This document shows, in pieces, positions 1 through 11,039 of a DNA stretch of 64,000 bases. This DNA comes from Fimicolochytrium jonesii. Taxonomy: Eukaryota. The DNA is taken from contig NW_026515670.1 in assembly GCF_025526975.1 (NCBI RefSeq), positions 372,001 to 436,000 on the forward strand, written 5' to 3'. The stretch's first letter is position 1, and every line of letters starts with the position of its first letter. Below the pieces are notes generated by a model. The model saw only the letters and a program-made list of their open reading frames with translations. It had not been told where the DNA came from and made no database searches. The position numbers were made by a program, and so were the translations under genes.

Positions 1-119
1 GAATTCTCGTAGTACCGGTTCGGGGTTGGTAGGGGGGAAGGGGTAGCAAAGGAGCATGGTGGGGAGCGGTCGTCGGTTGGGGGCTGGTGAGGGTCGAGGG
101 GAGCGGCTTCTGACGCTCG

Positions 120-2037
120 CTATTTATGCAGTTCCGAAGAGGGGGAATTCCCTTGGGTTCTGGGCGTTCTCTCCCTTCTGTCCTGCTGAGCATTCTCTTG
201 CTGCACGTCTTGCTCCCGCTGGGCTGCTGGGTACTCCACCGACGTGGAAGATGCCAGTTGGTCCGCGGTTGCGTGCTTTTTTGCCCATTTTTTTTCCTCA
301 TTCCCTGCTCCTGTGCCAACCAGCTGACCCTTTGTCCCTCCTTTGTTCTGCCTCCGCCCTGCGGCCTCTGTGGTATCCCCGCTCTTATCTCCTCCCCTTT
401 TTTGAGACTTCTGCGTGGATTGTCTCGTGGTGTGGCGTAATTGCGTGCTGTCATCGCCGGTCTCGGTGTCCGCCGTAGGTGATTCGTCCCCAATGGTGAT
501 GCCGTTTGCGCGACAGTACGTATCCAGTAGCTCCTGGCCTCCGAAGTCCGAGAGTACCACCCAGCTGTCGTGCCCAGTGTTCCAGTTTTTCCAGTGGACT
601 TTGAATTCCCATTTCCCGTTGTTGCCCTGATGGTGGTCAACGATCTTCTTGACCTCCCATTCATCCTCAACAATGCCATCAGAGCCTTCCGAGTCCGTGT
701 CCGGGTCAAGCCCTCGCTTCTTCAGTTCGTGGGACGTCCCATACGTTCTAGGCCTGAATGGCGTCTTCTTCAGGACTCGAGCTGTCGCTGTCTGTGCCAA
801 TTGAGCTGTCGAAACTTCCTCTTTGTCCATCTCAATTAGCTCCGTCGGGTCCAGCGGTCGTCTGGCTGTGAATGGTCGCATGCGTCGGATATGGGCTGTC
901 CGGTAGATGACTTCCACAGGCGAGACGAGTTCCATAAGCTTGTAGGTGTGGCCGGTGCCGCCGACACCTACTACCCGGTGTGGTCCACTCCATTTGGCAG
1001 CGAACTTCTTGATGGCCGTCGCATTTTCCACATCGGTCGACTTGCGAAACTGAGGAATTGCCAGCCAGACTCGTTCTCCTAGCTGGTAGCTTGTCTTCTC
1101 GGAGTTCTTGTCGTACCACACCTTTTGTCGTGCTTGGGCTTTGGCGACGTTCTCCTTGGCCAAATCCCATGCAATCTGCAGGCGCCTGACAATCTCCGCT
1201 CGCAAGTCCCCGACCGGCATTGCTCCTTTCCCAATCGACCCCCATGGCTCCGTTGGCGTGTGGGATTTCTCCCACAAGAACCCCGGCATCTGGGGGTCGC
1301 GTCCGAACATCAGGTAGAATGGCAGCTCCAAAGTCGATGATTGCATCATGGTCCGATGAGCGAACAAGATGTACGGAAGTTGTCGGTCCTAGTCGTGGTG
1401 GGTGTACTCGTTCACGTAGGTCTGGATCATCTTCGAGAGCGTCTTGATTGTGTTCTCCGCAAGCCCATTGGATGGTGGGTGGTAGGGCGACGCTAATGCT
1501 GGGGCAGCCCCCAGTAGTTTCAGGAGAGCCTTCTGAACCTCGCTCGTGAAGGGCTGTCCACAGTCCGACGTTATCACTCCGGGGACCCCGAAGATGGTGA
1601 ATACATGCTCCATAAGTGCCCGGGCAACCGTGTACGCCTTTGCGTCCTTCAATGGAATTGCGAAGCAGAATTTGCTGGCGTAGTTGATGACAACGAGTAC
1701 GTATTTGAACTTCGTATTCCTTGTAGCCGGCAAAGGTCCGAGCGAGTCCATTCCGACCCGCCACCACACGTCTCCAATGACAATTGGGTCCATCTCTCCT
1801 CCTCTCGCAGACTTTGGCATTTCCGGCTTGTGCTGATTGCATTTGACGCAACTGGCAAGGGGATTGATCATGTCCGCCACGCATTCCGGCCACCAGAAGG
1901 ACTGTTGGAGTCTGCTGAAGGTTTTGTCTCTGCCCAGATGTCCTGCCAACAGGTCGTCGTGGCAGAGCTCCAGGCATTGTCATCGCAATTTGGCCGGTAC
2001 GACAATCCGTTTGAACATCCGGCGTCGGTACCCGGGT
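120..2037 (-). pseudogene. pol: H integrase (HHCC, DDE, GPY/F-like) plus C-terminal chromodomain, frameshifted
   Basis: GHLGRDKT..CVKC, GMDSLGP, TSDCGQPF, SNGLAE, KWSGPHRV; WEVKKIVDH..WEFKVHWKNWNTGHDSWV. Confidence 0.92.
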
Positions 2038-3151
2038 CAGCGAAACTCTTGAATTGGATAGAGTATGCCGTCCTGGACGCGTAGGTCGGAGATCGTCCGT
2101 AGCATGAGTTGCTTTGTCAGGACGTTGTCTGGTAGTTCTCCCGTTTCGAAGAATGCGAGGTACCAGGCAACGAATTTGTCCTCCTTCTGCTCGCGTTCAA
2201 TCTCCTCGGCGAACGCTCCTTCCAGGGTAATGGCACCTGGTGTTGCTGAAGTCTTCCCCGCGGCGGCCGCTTCTCCCTCCATCATGAACACCTCGTCTTT
2301 CCTCTCTCTAGATGCTTCTTCAATTGCCTCCATCTGAGTTCCTATCGACCTTTTCTCTTCCAACAAGGCTCTCGATAGGAAGTCGGGTACCGCGTGAGAC
2401 CGTGTGCTGCCGGCTTTGTACCGAATCTCCATCTGGTAGTCTTGGAGCGCGTATCTCCATCGCGCCCACTTTCCTGCCAGGTCTCCATGCTTGGCCAGTG
2501 CCAACAGCACAGAGTGATCTGTTTCCACCGTGAATGGTTTTCCCCAGAGGTAGTACTCGTCACGGCCCAGTGAATTGCCAATCCCTCTCTCTCCTTGTTT
2601 GAGTACTGCTTCTCTGCATCCGTTAGCGACTTGCAGATGAAGACCAGAGGGATCTCCTTTCCGTCCTTGACCTTGTAGAGCGCGGCTCCAAGTCCGAGTT
2701 TGCTTGCATCGCACTTGAGTACCAGTGGGCATCCTTCCTCCGGAAATTCCAGGATTGCCGCGTCCGTGATTCCCTGTCGCAATTCCTCGAATGCCTTTTG
2801 CTCTTCTGGTCCCCATTTCCACACTGTGTCGTTCTTGAGCAAGTCGTATAATGGTCGAGCAATTTGGCCGTACCTCTTAATGTGCTGATGGTGGTAGACA
2901 CACATTCCGAGGAGGCGTTGCAACAGATGCTTCTCTTTTGGGGGTTTGATGTCGACGATCTTGGTCACTTTGGCTTCGTCTACTGATATCCCTTGGCCGT
3001 CCACCTTCTTGCCGAGGAAGTGAATTGCGTGTGCCGCGAAATGCCACTTCTCCAGCTTCACTCGTAGTCCAGGTTCACGAATGCGGGTGAGGACTTGAGA
3101 GACATGGGTCATGTACTCCTCGAACGTGTCGGAAAACACAATGATGTCGTC
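2037..3151 (-). pseudogene. pol: H RT C-terminal half and RNase H
   Basis: (D)IIVFSDTFEE..IHFLG; LKCDASKLGLGAAL; KEREGLAI; VETDHS; VPDFLSR. Confidence 0.92.
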
Positions 3152-3426
3152 TGTAACATCAGAGGAAACGTAGACGATATTGGGCCCTTCTGAGAGGGCT
3201 GAGAGCAGTGTATTGTAGTGAAGAAAAAAGTAAGAAGCTCTTCGCAGCGGCCGCTCGACTGACAGCTTTATATATGGGCTGCCAGTGGGGCTTGCGTGGC
3301 TTCAGTGAGGCTTGGCGCCTTATGTAATGTATCACCGAGAGCTCGGGTGGCCAGCCCGGGTTTCGGATCAAGTAGAAGTAAAGAGATATAATATGAAATA
3401 CAAGTGAAGTTGAGATATCCCCGACA
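3152..3426 (-). repeat. A 3' LTR
   Basis: Direct repeat of 23032-23306 (about 13 differences by eye); also matches 51595-51869 in the opposite orientation. Confidence 0.95.
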
Positions 3427-4845
3427 CCTTCCTCAGATCCTGAAAAGGGCGCCGAATAAATAAGAGGTGAACTACGAGGGATATGTGAAGAAAGGGAGAG
3501 CTCATGTTCATTTTTAAGTGTTGACGCACTTGTTCATTTTATAGTGTTGACGCACTGTGTGATGTGTGTGTTTGAGGCAAAGGCGTCCCTAAGCCGACGT
3601 TGTGTATGATGTGGGTGTGTAAGGTCGGTTGTTGCGTCGCTGCGCATGATGTGATGAAGTTTACGTTGTAGTATTGTGCTTTGAACTGCGCATGAAATCG
3701 ATAATATTCCGACGCCGATTATATGCCCAGAATCTTCGACGAGCGAATGAAATCACCTTTATACGACAACGTCGAAATACCGTTAAAACTTCCGACAATA
3801 AATCGACACACTCGCGTTCCCAACACTCCGACGATTACCAAATACAACTACCTTTACCGAAACCTTGCTTCACAACAACGTTTTGTCCTCGGATACGACT
3901 GACATGCGAAAAATGTAGGCGTAGGAGAGGATCTCACACATGAAAGCACCCCCGACCCGACTCTCAACCAACCAGAAGCTCCCACGACGCCCGAAACGCT
4001 GAAGAAATCACCTGCAAAACGAGAAAACCAATTTCCGGTGGCCGTATACGCCAAACGTTGCAGAAAACCCCGAGAAAAGATTAGCGATAAGACTGTATCA
4101 GCGTCAAAATTGCGAATGGAAAAAGGAAAAACTACGTAGACCGCCGCAGGAAAAGAGAAAAAGACCCCGATGTAGCTAAATCCTCTAGAGACAACTAGTA
4201 GAGAGTTTGGACTTTGACAAAATCCCGTAGCCTAGAAAAATCCATATAAAAACCCGCCTGTTTTCCCCAGACCTTTGTACAATACGCAAAACCCAGATCA
4301 GTGCATGCAGAACACAGATCCCGATAAACAACAGAGCTTTCTACTTCTCTACTCCCGACGACTTCTTTCAGTTTCAGATAGACTTTCAAGGCGCGCTCAT
4401 AGACCCGGAGAGCTTAGACAAGACGACCCCGAGTGTCGCGACTTGTACTTTGCTGACGTTGCCGAGGACTTGATAGTTCAGGAATCTTGTAAGAAAAGCT
4501 GAGAGTGAGATTGGAAAACCCCGTTGTTTTGTTTTGTAGTCAAACCCGCAGATATTCCCGCTTTCGTATTTCGTACCCGTACCCGTAATTCCCGACCCCG
4601 TATTAGAAGAAGGACTCCTTTCAAAGCACCTGGATATTAAGGTGGCAAGACGACGCTCTCGCTTGAGATCTCTTCTTGTGCTATTGAGAGACCGGCAGCT
4701 TATTTTTCCCGACACCCGACCGTAACCCCGTATTCGACAGACCCTCGCTTCTGCCGGCCACCACCAGAACGTCGCTATTGTCAGCGGTGTGATTAATAGT
4801 CAGCGGTTCTTGCGGCGTCGCGCGTGTGATGTGATATAAGATGCT

Positions 4846-7800
4846 CTATGCTGTTCGTCTCCGTATCCACAAAGATTGTGGATGAGCTTTTCGCCACCGT
4901 TTGTAGGCAGGCGTGTAGCGAAGTGCGGATTCGGGTTCCCAAGTAGGGTGAGGATAACCGAGCCATTTGACTAGAAGATTTTGTACGGCGCGTTGCTCGT
5001 CGATGATATCTTCTACAACCCATCCAGGTTGTCCGCGTTCTTCGATTGGTGGAGGAGGTTGTGCAACTGCACGTTGCGGATATTGCTCTTTGCGATGTGG
5101 TCGTAAAATATCGACGTGAAAGACGGGCCAGATGCCGCTGATCTTCGATGATGATAAATCGAGTTCGTAGGTATCAGGATGTGCTCCCAGTGCGATGATT
5201 TTGAATGGTCCGATCCACGTAGCTGAGTATCGAAGTCCTCTTTGTGCGTCTACTTCTAGGTTGATTCCTTGTCGGTTCAGATCAACGAGGTTGCCAATTT
5301 TGTATGCGATTGGCGTTCGACCTTTGTCATGTTGACGTGCGAATTGATCTTGCGATCTCTGAAGGTTTTTGCGTACGATACGGGCGATGTTTTCCTGCCC
5401 TTTCTTGAAGAGTTTGATTTCGTTTCGATCTACAGCTCGAAGTTTGAATTCTTGTCCTTCGAGTGTTGGATTCCAACCCGGGAGGATTGGAGAGCGTCCG
5501 AGATCTACTTCGAATGGCGATAAACCTTCATATTCCTCCCTCGGAGCGGTATTGTATGCGAATTCGATTAAAGGCAATAGCTTCTTCCAATTGCTTTTGT
5601 TGTAGTTGAGGTATTGCTTCCAAATCCTTTTCAGGGTTTGGATGGCTCGCTCAACTTTGCCGTCAGTTTGCTGATGACAAGCTGTAGCAAATCCGTGTTT
5701 TACACCGAGGAGAACATCGAATGAGAGGAAGAAGTCGGAAAGTGTGCAAGGTTTGCGATCCGTAACGAAGACTTTTGGCGTACACACATGTTTCCAAACA
5801 TGATCTAGGAAGACTTGCGCCAGTTCGTGTGCAGTAATTGTCTTCTTGATCGGTGTCAGAATCACACGTCTGGAAAGGTAATCAATGCAGACGAGACAAG
5901 AGTTTGCTTCATCTACTTTGAAAATGTCGAATCCGATTGTGTGCCATCTTCCAAAAGGTATAGGAAGAGGTCGAAGAAATCCGTATCGACGATGACCAGG
6001 TTTGAATTGTCGACAGGATTTACAAGTTCCAACGTATTTGATGACGTCGGAGCGTACAGTAGGCCAGTAATAGTCCGTAAGAATTCTTGCGAGAGTCTTC
6101 TTAACACCGAGATGTCCTCCGGTGGCGAGTTCGTCATGGAATTTCCGCTAAATCTTCGGGCAAATGTCTTCAGGAACGTATAGACGTCCTTTGTGTTGTA
6201 CTAATCCATTTTCAAACGTATAACGTAGTTCTCGCGAAGTTTTCTTGTGTTGAGGTTTTCGAGAAATTTCATCGAGATAATCGGAATATGGATCTTCGCG
6301 TAGCGCTTTTTTCCATTCTTCGTCTGAGCAGGTAGGTGAGCTTTGTGGATTGTCCGTCGTAGCATTGGAGGAAGGTTCATTGACAAGCATGTTGCTGATC
6401 TGCGTATGCATGTCGAGGCGTCGTTGACAATCTACACACCGAGGCGCATAGATTGGATTGCGGGAGAGCATGTCGGCAATTTGCTTCCATTGTCCAGGTA
6501 AATACTGGATGTCAAAATCATACTCTTGTAGCTTCTCCACCCAATTGGCTTGTCTTCTGCTCAAATGGGGTTGCGTTTCGATGAATTCGAGTCCCTTGTG
6601 ATCGCTAAAACATTGGAAGTAATGACCGATGAGATATGGTCGATTGACGACCAACATCTTGACAAGAGCTAATAGCTCCTGTTTGTGCGTAGGATATCGA
6701 GTTTCTGCGTCCTTCATCTTTCTACAAAAGAAGACCACAGGCCGGAGCCGAGGTAATTTCTTCCATTGTCCGACAAGAGTAGGCAGATTCGTAGGGATCG
6801 TTTCATCGCCAGAAGGTTGTCCAATCCAGCCAGCGATAGCGTAGCCTGATGAGTCTGTATAGACGTAAATCGCTTTGGTTTCATCGATTGTTGCTAGCGT
6901 AGGCGCATTGATCAACGCTTCTTTCAACTTTTGAAATGCCTCTTGTTGCTCAGGACCCCATCGAAATTTGACTTTCGAAGATTGAATACTTGATAGAGCA
7001 GAGCGATGTCCGAATAACCTTGTACAAAGTCGAGGAAGTAATTCGTGAACCCGAGAAAGCTTTGAACTCCTTTTGTTGACTTTGGAGTAGCCCAATCCTT
7101 AATAGCTTGGATTTTCGAGGGCGCGATGCGAACACCATGTCTTCTGACATGTCCACACCATTCGAGTTCTTCTTTAGCCCATACGCACTTTGAAGGCTTG
7201 ATGAAAAGGGCGTGTTCTTCAAGTTTCTTCAGGATATGATCGACGTGTTCCCGATGTTCGGCTAAGGTCTTTGGTAAAATGAAAATGTCGTCCAGGTAGG
7301 TAGCGAGAAATTCGTCGTAATCTTTATGGAAGATCTTATTCATAAGACGTTGAAATGCAGCAGGTGCGTTGGTAAGCCCGAACAGCATGACCAAATACTC
7401 GAAAAGTCCGAAGCGAGTTTGTATTGCCGTTTTTTTTCGAACTTGTTTTCGTATAAGAAGACGATGGTATGCTTCTCGAATATCGATAAGCGTAAACCAT
7501 CACAACCTTGAATGCGATCCCTCATCTCACGAATGTCGGGTAAAGGAGTGCGATCTTTCTTGGTGACAGCGATGAGACCTCGGTAGTCCCAACAGATGCA
7601 TAATCAGCCATCTTTCTTTTTCGCAAAGACGACACTAGCTCCCCAGGGACTTGAGGAGTGTTGTATCCATCCTTTTTCGAGCATCAAGGTGATTTGTTTC
7701 TTGAGTTCAGCGAGTTCTTCTATGTTCATGTGCCAAAGAGGTTGCCAAACGGGTTCAACACCTTCAGTGAGTTCAATCTTGAAATTATCTTCTCCGCGAT

Positions 7801-7879
7801 CAGGGGGTAGACCCTCCGGTTCCTTGAAGAGCGTATTGATGTATTTTTTTAGGATATCCTTGAGATGTCCTGGATTTCC
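4846..7879 (-). pseudogene. pol: A pol 3' part: RT, RNase H, integrase, chromodomain; many frameshifts
   Basis: FGLTNAPAAFQ, YLDD, YTDSSGYA, QTDGKVER, WIGPFKI, WVVEDIIDE..LLVKWLGYPHPTWEP. Confidence 0.93.
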
Positions 7880-8441
7880 TGTTATGATCTCGACGACGGA
7901 GGCGGAAGCGAAGTAGAGAAGACAGGGCGAGAGTGATAGGCGACAAGAGATTGTATTGGCGAAACAAGAAACAAGGACTAGAACAGGAGATGAGAAGAAC
8001 TGGTGTTGATCTGCTGGGGAGGAAGGGAACGGACAAAGAGAGGCCGGCTTTTATAGATAGGCAACCCAGCAGATCAGAGAACAACAACAACAAGAGGGGA
8101 CTGGGGGGGCGCCAGCTATGCTCCTAGAGCGTGCGTGGCGAGCGTAGAGAGCATTGCTACAGCTGCTGGCTATGGGGAAGTAGTGGGGGGTGTGGAGAAG
8201 CCGAGGGGGGATTGGCGAAATGAGAGGAGAGAGGAGGAGTGGCGATATTGCAAGAGGATTGGCGAAATGAGAGGAGAGAGGGGGAGTGGCATTGACATTG
8301 ACATTGACACTGACATTGACATTGACATTGACACTGACATTGACACTGACATTGACATTGACATTGGCATTTGACATTTGGCGGTTGACATTGGCGGCTG
8401 TCAGTAGGTAAGCTTATGGTATGGGCGCGTCGTCCATAACA
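7880..8441 (-). repeat. B 3' LTR (562 bp)
   Basis: TGTTATG...CATAACA termini; copies at 19286, 50880 and 56140. Confidence 0.95.
8291..8362. repeat. (ATTGAC/ACTGAC)12 hexamer array within LTR-B
   Basis: Directly visible; 12 units here and near 20234, 8 near 51293, 6 near 56229. Confidence 0.95.
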
Positions 8442-8453
8442 TCACCCCTCTCT

Positions 8454-9527
8454 TTAGCTACGGCGGCGGCGGCGTCGAGTTTGGTGTGGCCGCAGAGGAG
8501 GTGCTACGGGGACAGAGGAAGGCTTGTTGGGGTACGCGCTGTGGAAGTCCTGGAGGAGTGCGTCGGTATGGGTGAGGTGTTCCACGGGCTCCCAGGTGTT
8601 CTCGGAGTCAGGCCAGCCCTGCCATTTGACCAAGTACTGAAGGCGACGACAATGGATGCGAGAGTCAAGGATGGCTTCGACAACCCACTCTTCTTGACCC
8701 TCAACGGTCTCTGGGGGCGCGGGTTCGGGTTCGTGTCGTTCGGGGATGGTGAAGCAGGGTTCGAGGAGCGAGACATGGAAGACATCGTGGATTTTGTACG
8801 TAGGCGGGAGCTTGAGCCGGTAGGCGACGGGATTGATTTTTTCAACGATGGGGAATGGCCCAATCTTGCGATGGTCGAGTTTCTGAGAGGGCCGGGTTGT
8901 ATGGAGGTTTTTGCGGAGGAGCCAGACGTGGTTGCCAGGCTTGAAGTCCGGTCCAGGAATTCGTTTGGCGTCGGCGTAGCGCTTCATTTGATCTTGGGCT
9001 TCCTTGAGCTCGAGGGCGAGCTGTTCATGGACTTCCCTGATTTGTTTAGCGCGGGCTTCAGCGGCGGGGTTGACGGATTCGGAGGTAGCAGAGGCCGCAA
9101 AACTGAAGCGGGGGTGGAGACCCTTGTTGGCGTAGAAGGGGATGGTCTGAGAGGCGGACTGATGGGTGTTGTTGTAGGCGAACTCGGCGGACGACAGAAG
9201 CTGTTTCCAGTTGTCCTGTTGGTGGTTGCAAAAGCATCGGAGATACTGCTCCAGGATCTGGTTGGTGCGTTCTGTCTGGCCATCGCTCTGGGGGTGGAAG
9301 GCCGAGGAGAGGTTGGCTTTTGCCCCAAGGAGTTCGAGAAGTCGACGCCAGAACCGGGACTTAAACTGGGGTCCTCGGTCAGAGATGACGTCGTCGGGGA
9401 GGCCGTGGAGACGGATGATGTTGTGGAAGACTAGGTCGGCGATGGATTCGGCGGATTCTGACTCGCTGCAGGCGATGAAGTGGGCCATCTTGGTGAGGCG
9501 ACAGTTGATGTTCAGGATGGAGTCGTA
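8454..9527 (-). pseudogene. pol: B integrase C-terminal part plus chromodomain (separated from the rest of pol by C)
   Basis: ISDRGPQF, QSDGQTER, KIGPFPI, WVVEAILDSR..QYLVKWQGWPDSENTWEP. Confidence 0.95.
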
Positions 9528-9532
9528 CCCGT

Positions 9533-10061
9533 TGTTATGGACGACGCGTCCATACCATGCGCTTACCTCATGACAGCATCCCAACAGTCAGTCAATGTCA
9601 ATTCCCTGTCACAACCTGACATCTGCCAAACCTCGCAGCCGCACGCAGCCGCGCTACCCCACACCTGCCACTGCCTTCATTTCTCCACGCAGCCGCACGT
9701 AGCCACACCTCCCAACACTCGGCGCTTACAAACCCTTCTCCATACTTCCCCACGTATCCGCCCACAGCCTCAGCGTAGCCACCCCATCCCCAGTCTTCTG
9801 TTTCTATGCTTCCCCACCCTTGGCGCTTCTCTTGGCTTCCCCCCATTCCGTACCCTTCTGCTTCCCCACGCTTCCCCAGCCTTCCCAGAAAAGCATAAAT
9901 AGCCGCCTCCCCTGAGCTCCCCACTTCCTGATCCCCCAGCAGATCAACACCAGTTCTTCCTAGTCTTGTTCTAGTTCTTGTTTCGGTCTGAATACCATTA
10001 CCTGTCAACAACCTGCACCACAAGTCGCCTCTATTTCCGTCGGCTCCGCCCATTCTTAACA
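9533..10061 (+). repeat. C 5' LTR
   Basis: TGTTA...TAACA termini; TATA-like CATAAATA at 9894-9901. Confidence 0.96.
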
Positions 10062-10073
10062 GTTTGATCTGCT
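10062..10073 (+). promoter_or_regulatory. Self-priming-type PBS (non-tRNA) of C
   Basis: TTGATCTGCT (10064-10073) is complementary to AGCAGATCAA (9938-9947) in its own LTR; no TGG start. Confidence 0.8.
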
Positions 10074-10112
10074 CAACAACCCCCAGCTGCTGTGCCTCCA
10101 CGCCAAATCACC

Positions 10113-11039
10113 ATGTCCGACGCCCTTCCCCTCACGGCCGAAGCCTGGCAAGCCATGTGCAATGCGATTGACGAACTTCAAGCGCAGAATACCACCCTAC
10201 AAGCCGAACTAGCGCAAACCCAGACCACTGCCCCTGCCACCCACGCCCCCGAACCCAAAATCAGTCTCCCAGACAAATTTGATGGCACCCGGAGCAAGTT
10301 CCGTGGGTTCCTCAACCAGATCCGGCTCATGTTCGCCCTCCAACCCAGGCGCTACCCCAACAATCAGACCAAGATACGAACTATTGGCACCTACCTCACT
10401 GGCACCGCCCAGGCCTGGCTGGCGCCCCTTGTCGAACAAGACCATCATTCCCTTACGAACCTGGATGATTTCATCCAGCAAATGCAAGCAGTCTTTGGAG
10501 ACAGCGACAGGATCCGCACGTCCGAAAACAAGCTCCAGAACCTTCGACAAACCCGTGCAGCAACAGAGTATGTAGCTGAATTCCGACAGCTGCAATGCGA
10601 TGTGTCGTGGAATGACCAGGCATTGATTGCCACCTTCCGTCGCGGCCTCAAAGAAGACGTCAAGGACTTAATGCTCACGATGCCCCCTACCGCCTCAATC
10701 GACACCGTGATGGAACAGGCCATCCAATGTGACAACCGATTGTTTGAGCGCCGTCTAGAGCGAAGCAGGAACCGACAGCCATATGTGCCAGTTACCACTA
10801 GCCCCACCCTCATGAGCCCCGACAACCGCCCAGACGACCCTATGGTCATTGACGCTGCTCGTCCGCGAGGACCCCTCACACCGCTAGAGCGCCAACACCG
10901 CATCACAAACAAACTTTGCCTCTATTGTGGTAAACCTGGCCACATAGCCAAACTCTGCCCAAACAAATTACGCACGGCGAATGTCGCGGTTAAGGAACCT
11001 GCACCCATCCAGGATTTTGCCCAAGTCCAGCTGCAGTAA
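10113..11039 (+). CDS. gag: Gag of C (capsid plus CCHC knuckle)
   Basis: PDKFDGTRSKFRGF, LRQTRAATEYVAEF, CLYCGKPGHIAKLC. Confidence 0.95.
   Translation: MSDALPLTAEAWQAMCNAIDELQAQNTTLQAELAQTQTTAPATHAPEPKISLPDKFDGTRSKFRGFLNQIRLMFALQPRRYPNNQTKIRTIGTYLTGTAQAWLAPLVEQDHHSLTNLDDFIQQMQAVFGDSDRIRTSENKLQNLRQTRAATEYVAEFRQLQCDVSWNDQALIATFRRGLKEDVKDLMLTMPPTASIDTVMEQAIQCDNRLFERRLERSRNRQPYVPVTTSPTLMSPDNRPDDPMVIDAARPRGPLTPLERQHRITNKLCLYCGKPGHIAKLCPNKLRTANVAVKEPAPIQDFAQVQLQ

Noticed and set aside
8051..8391. Low-complexity ORFs (NVNVSV, MSMS, DIDID)
   Set aside because: Translations of the LTR hexamer array.
8421..9434. 337-aa plus-strand ORF and similar long shadow ORFs (832-1983, 26387-27145, 49121-49783)
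   Set aside because: Antisense or off-frame shadows of GC-rich coding sequence; no motifs.
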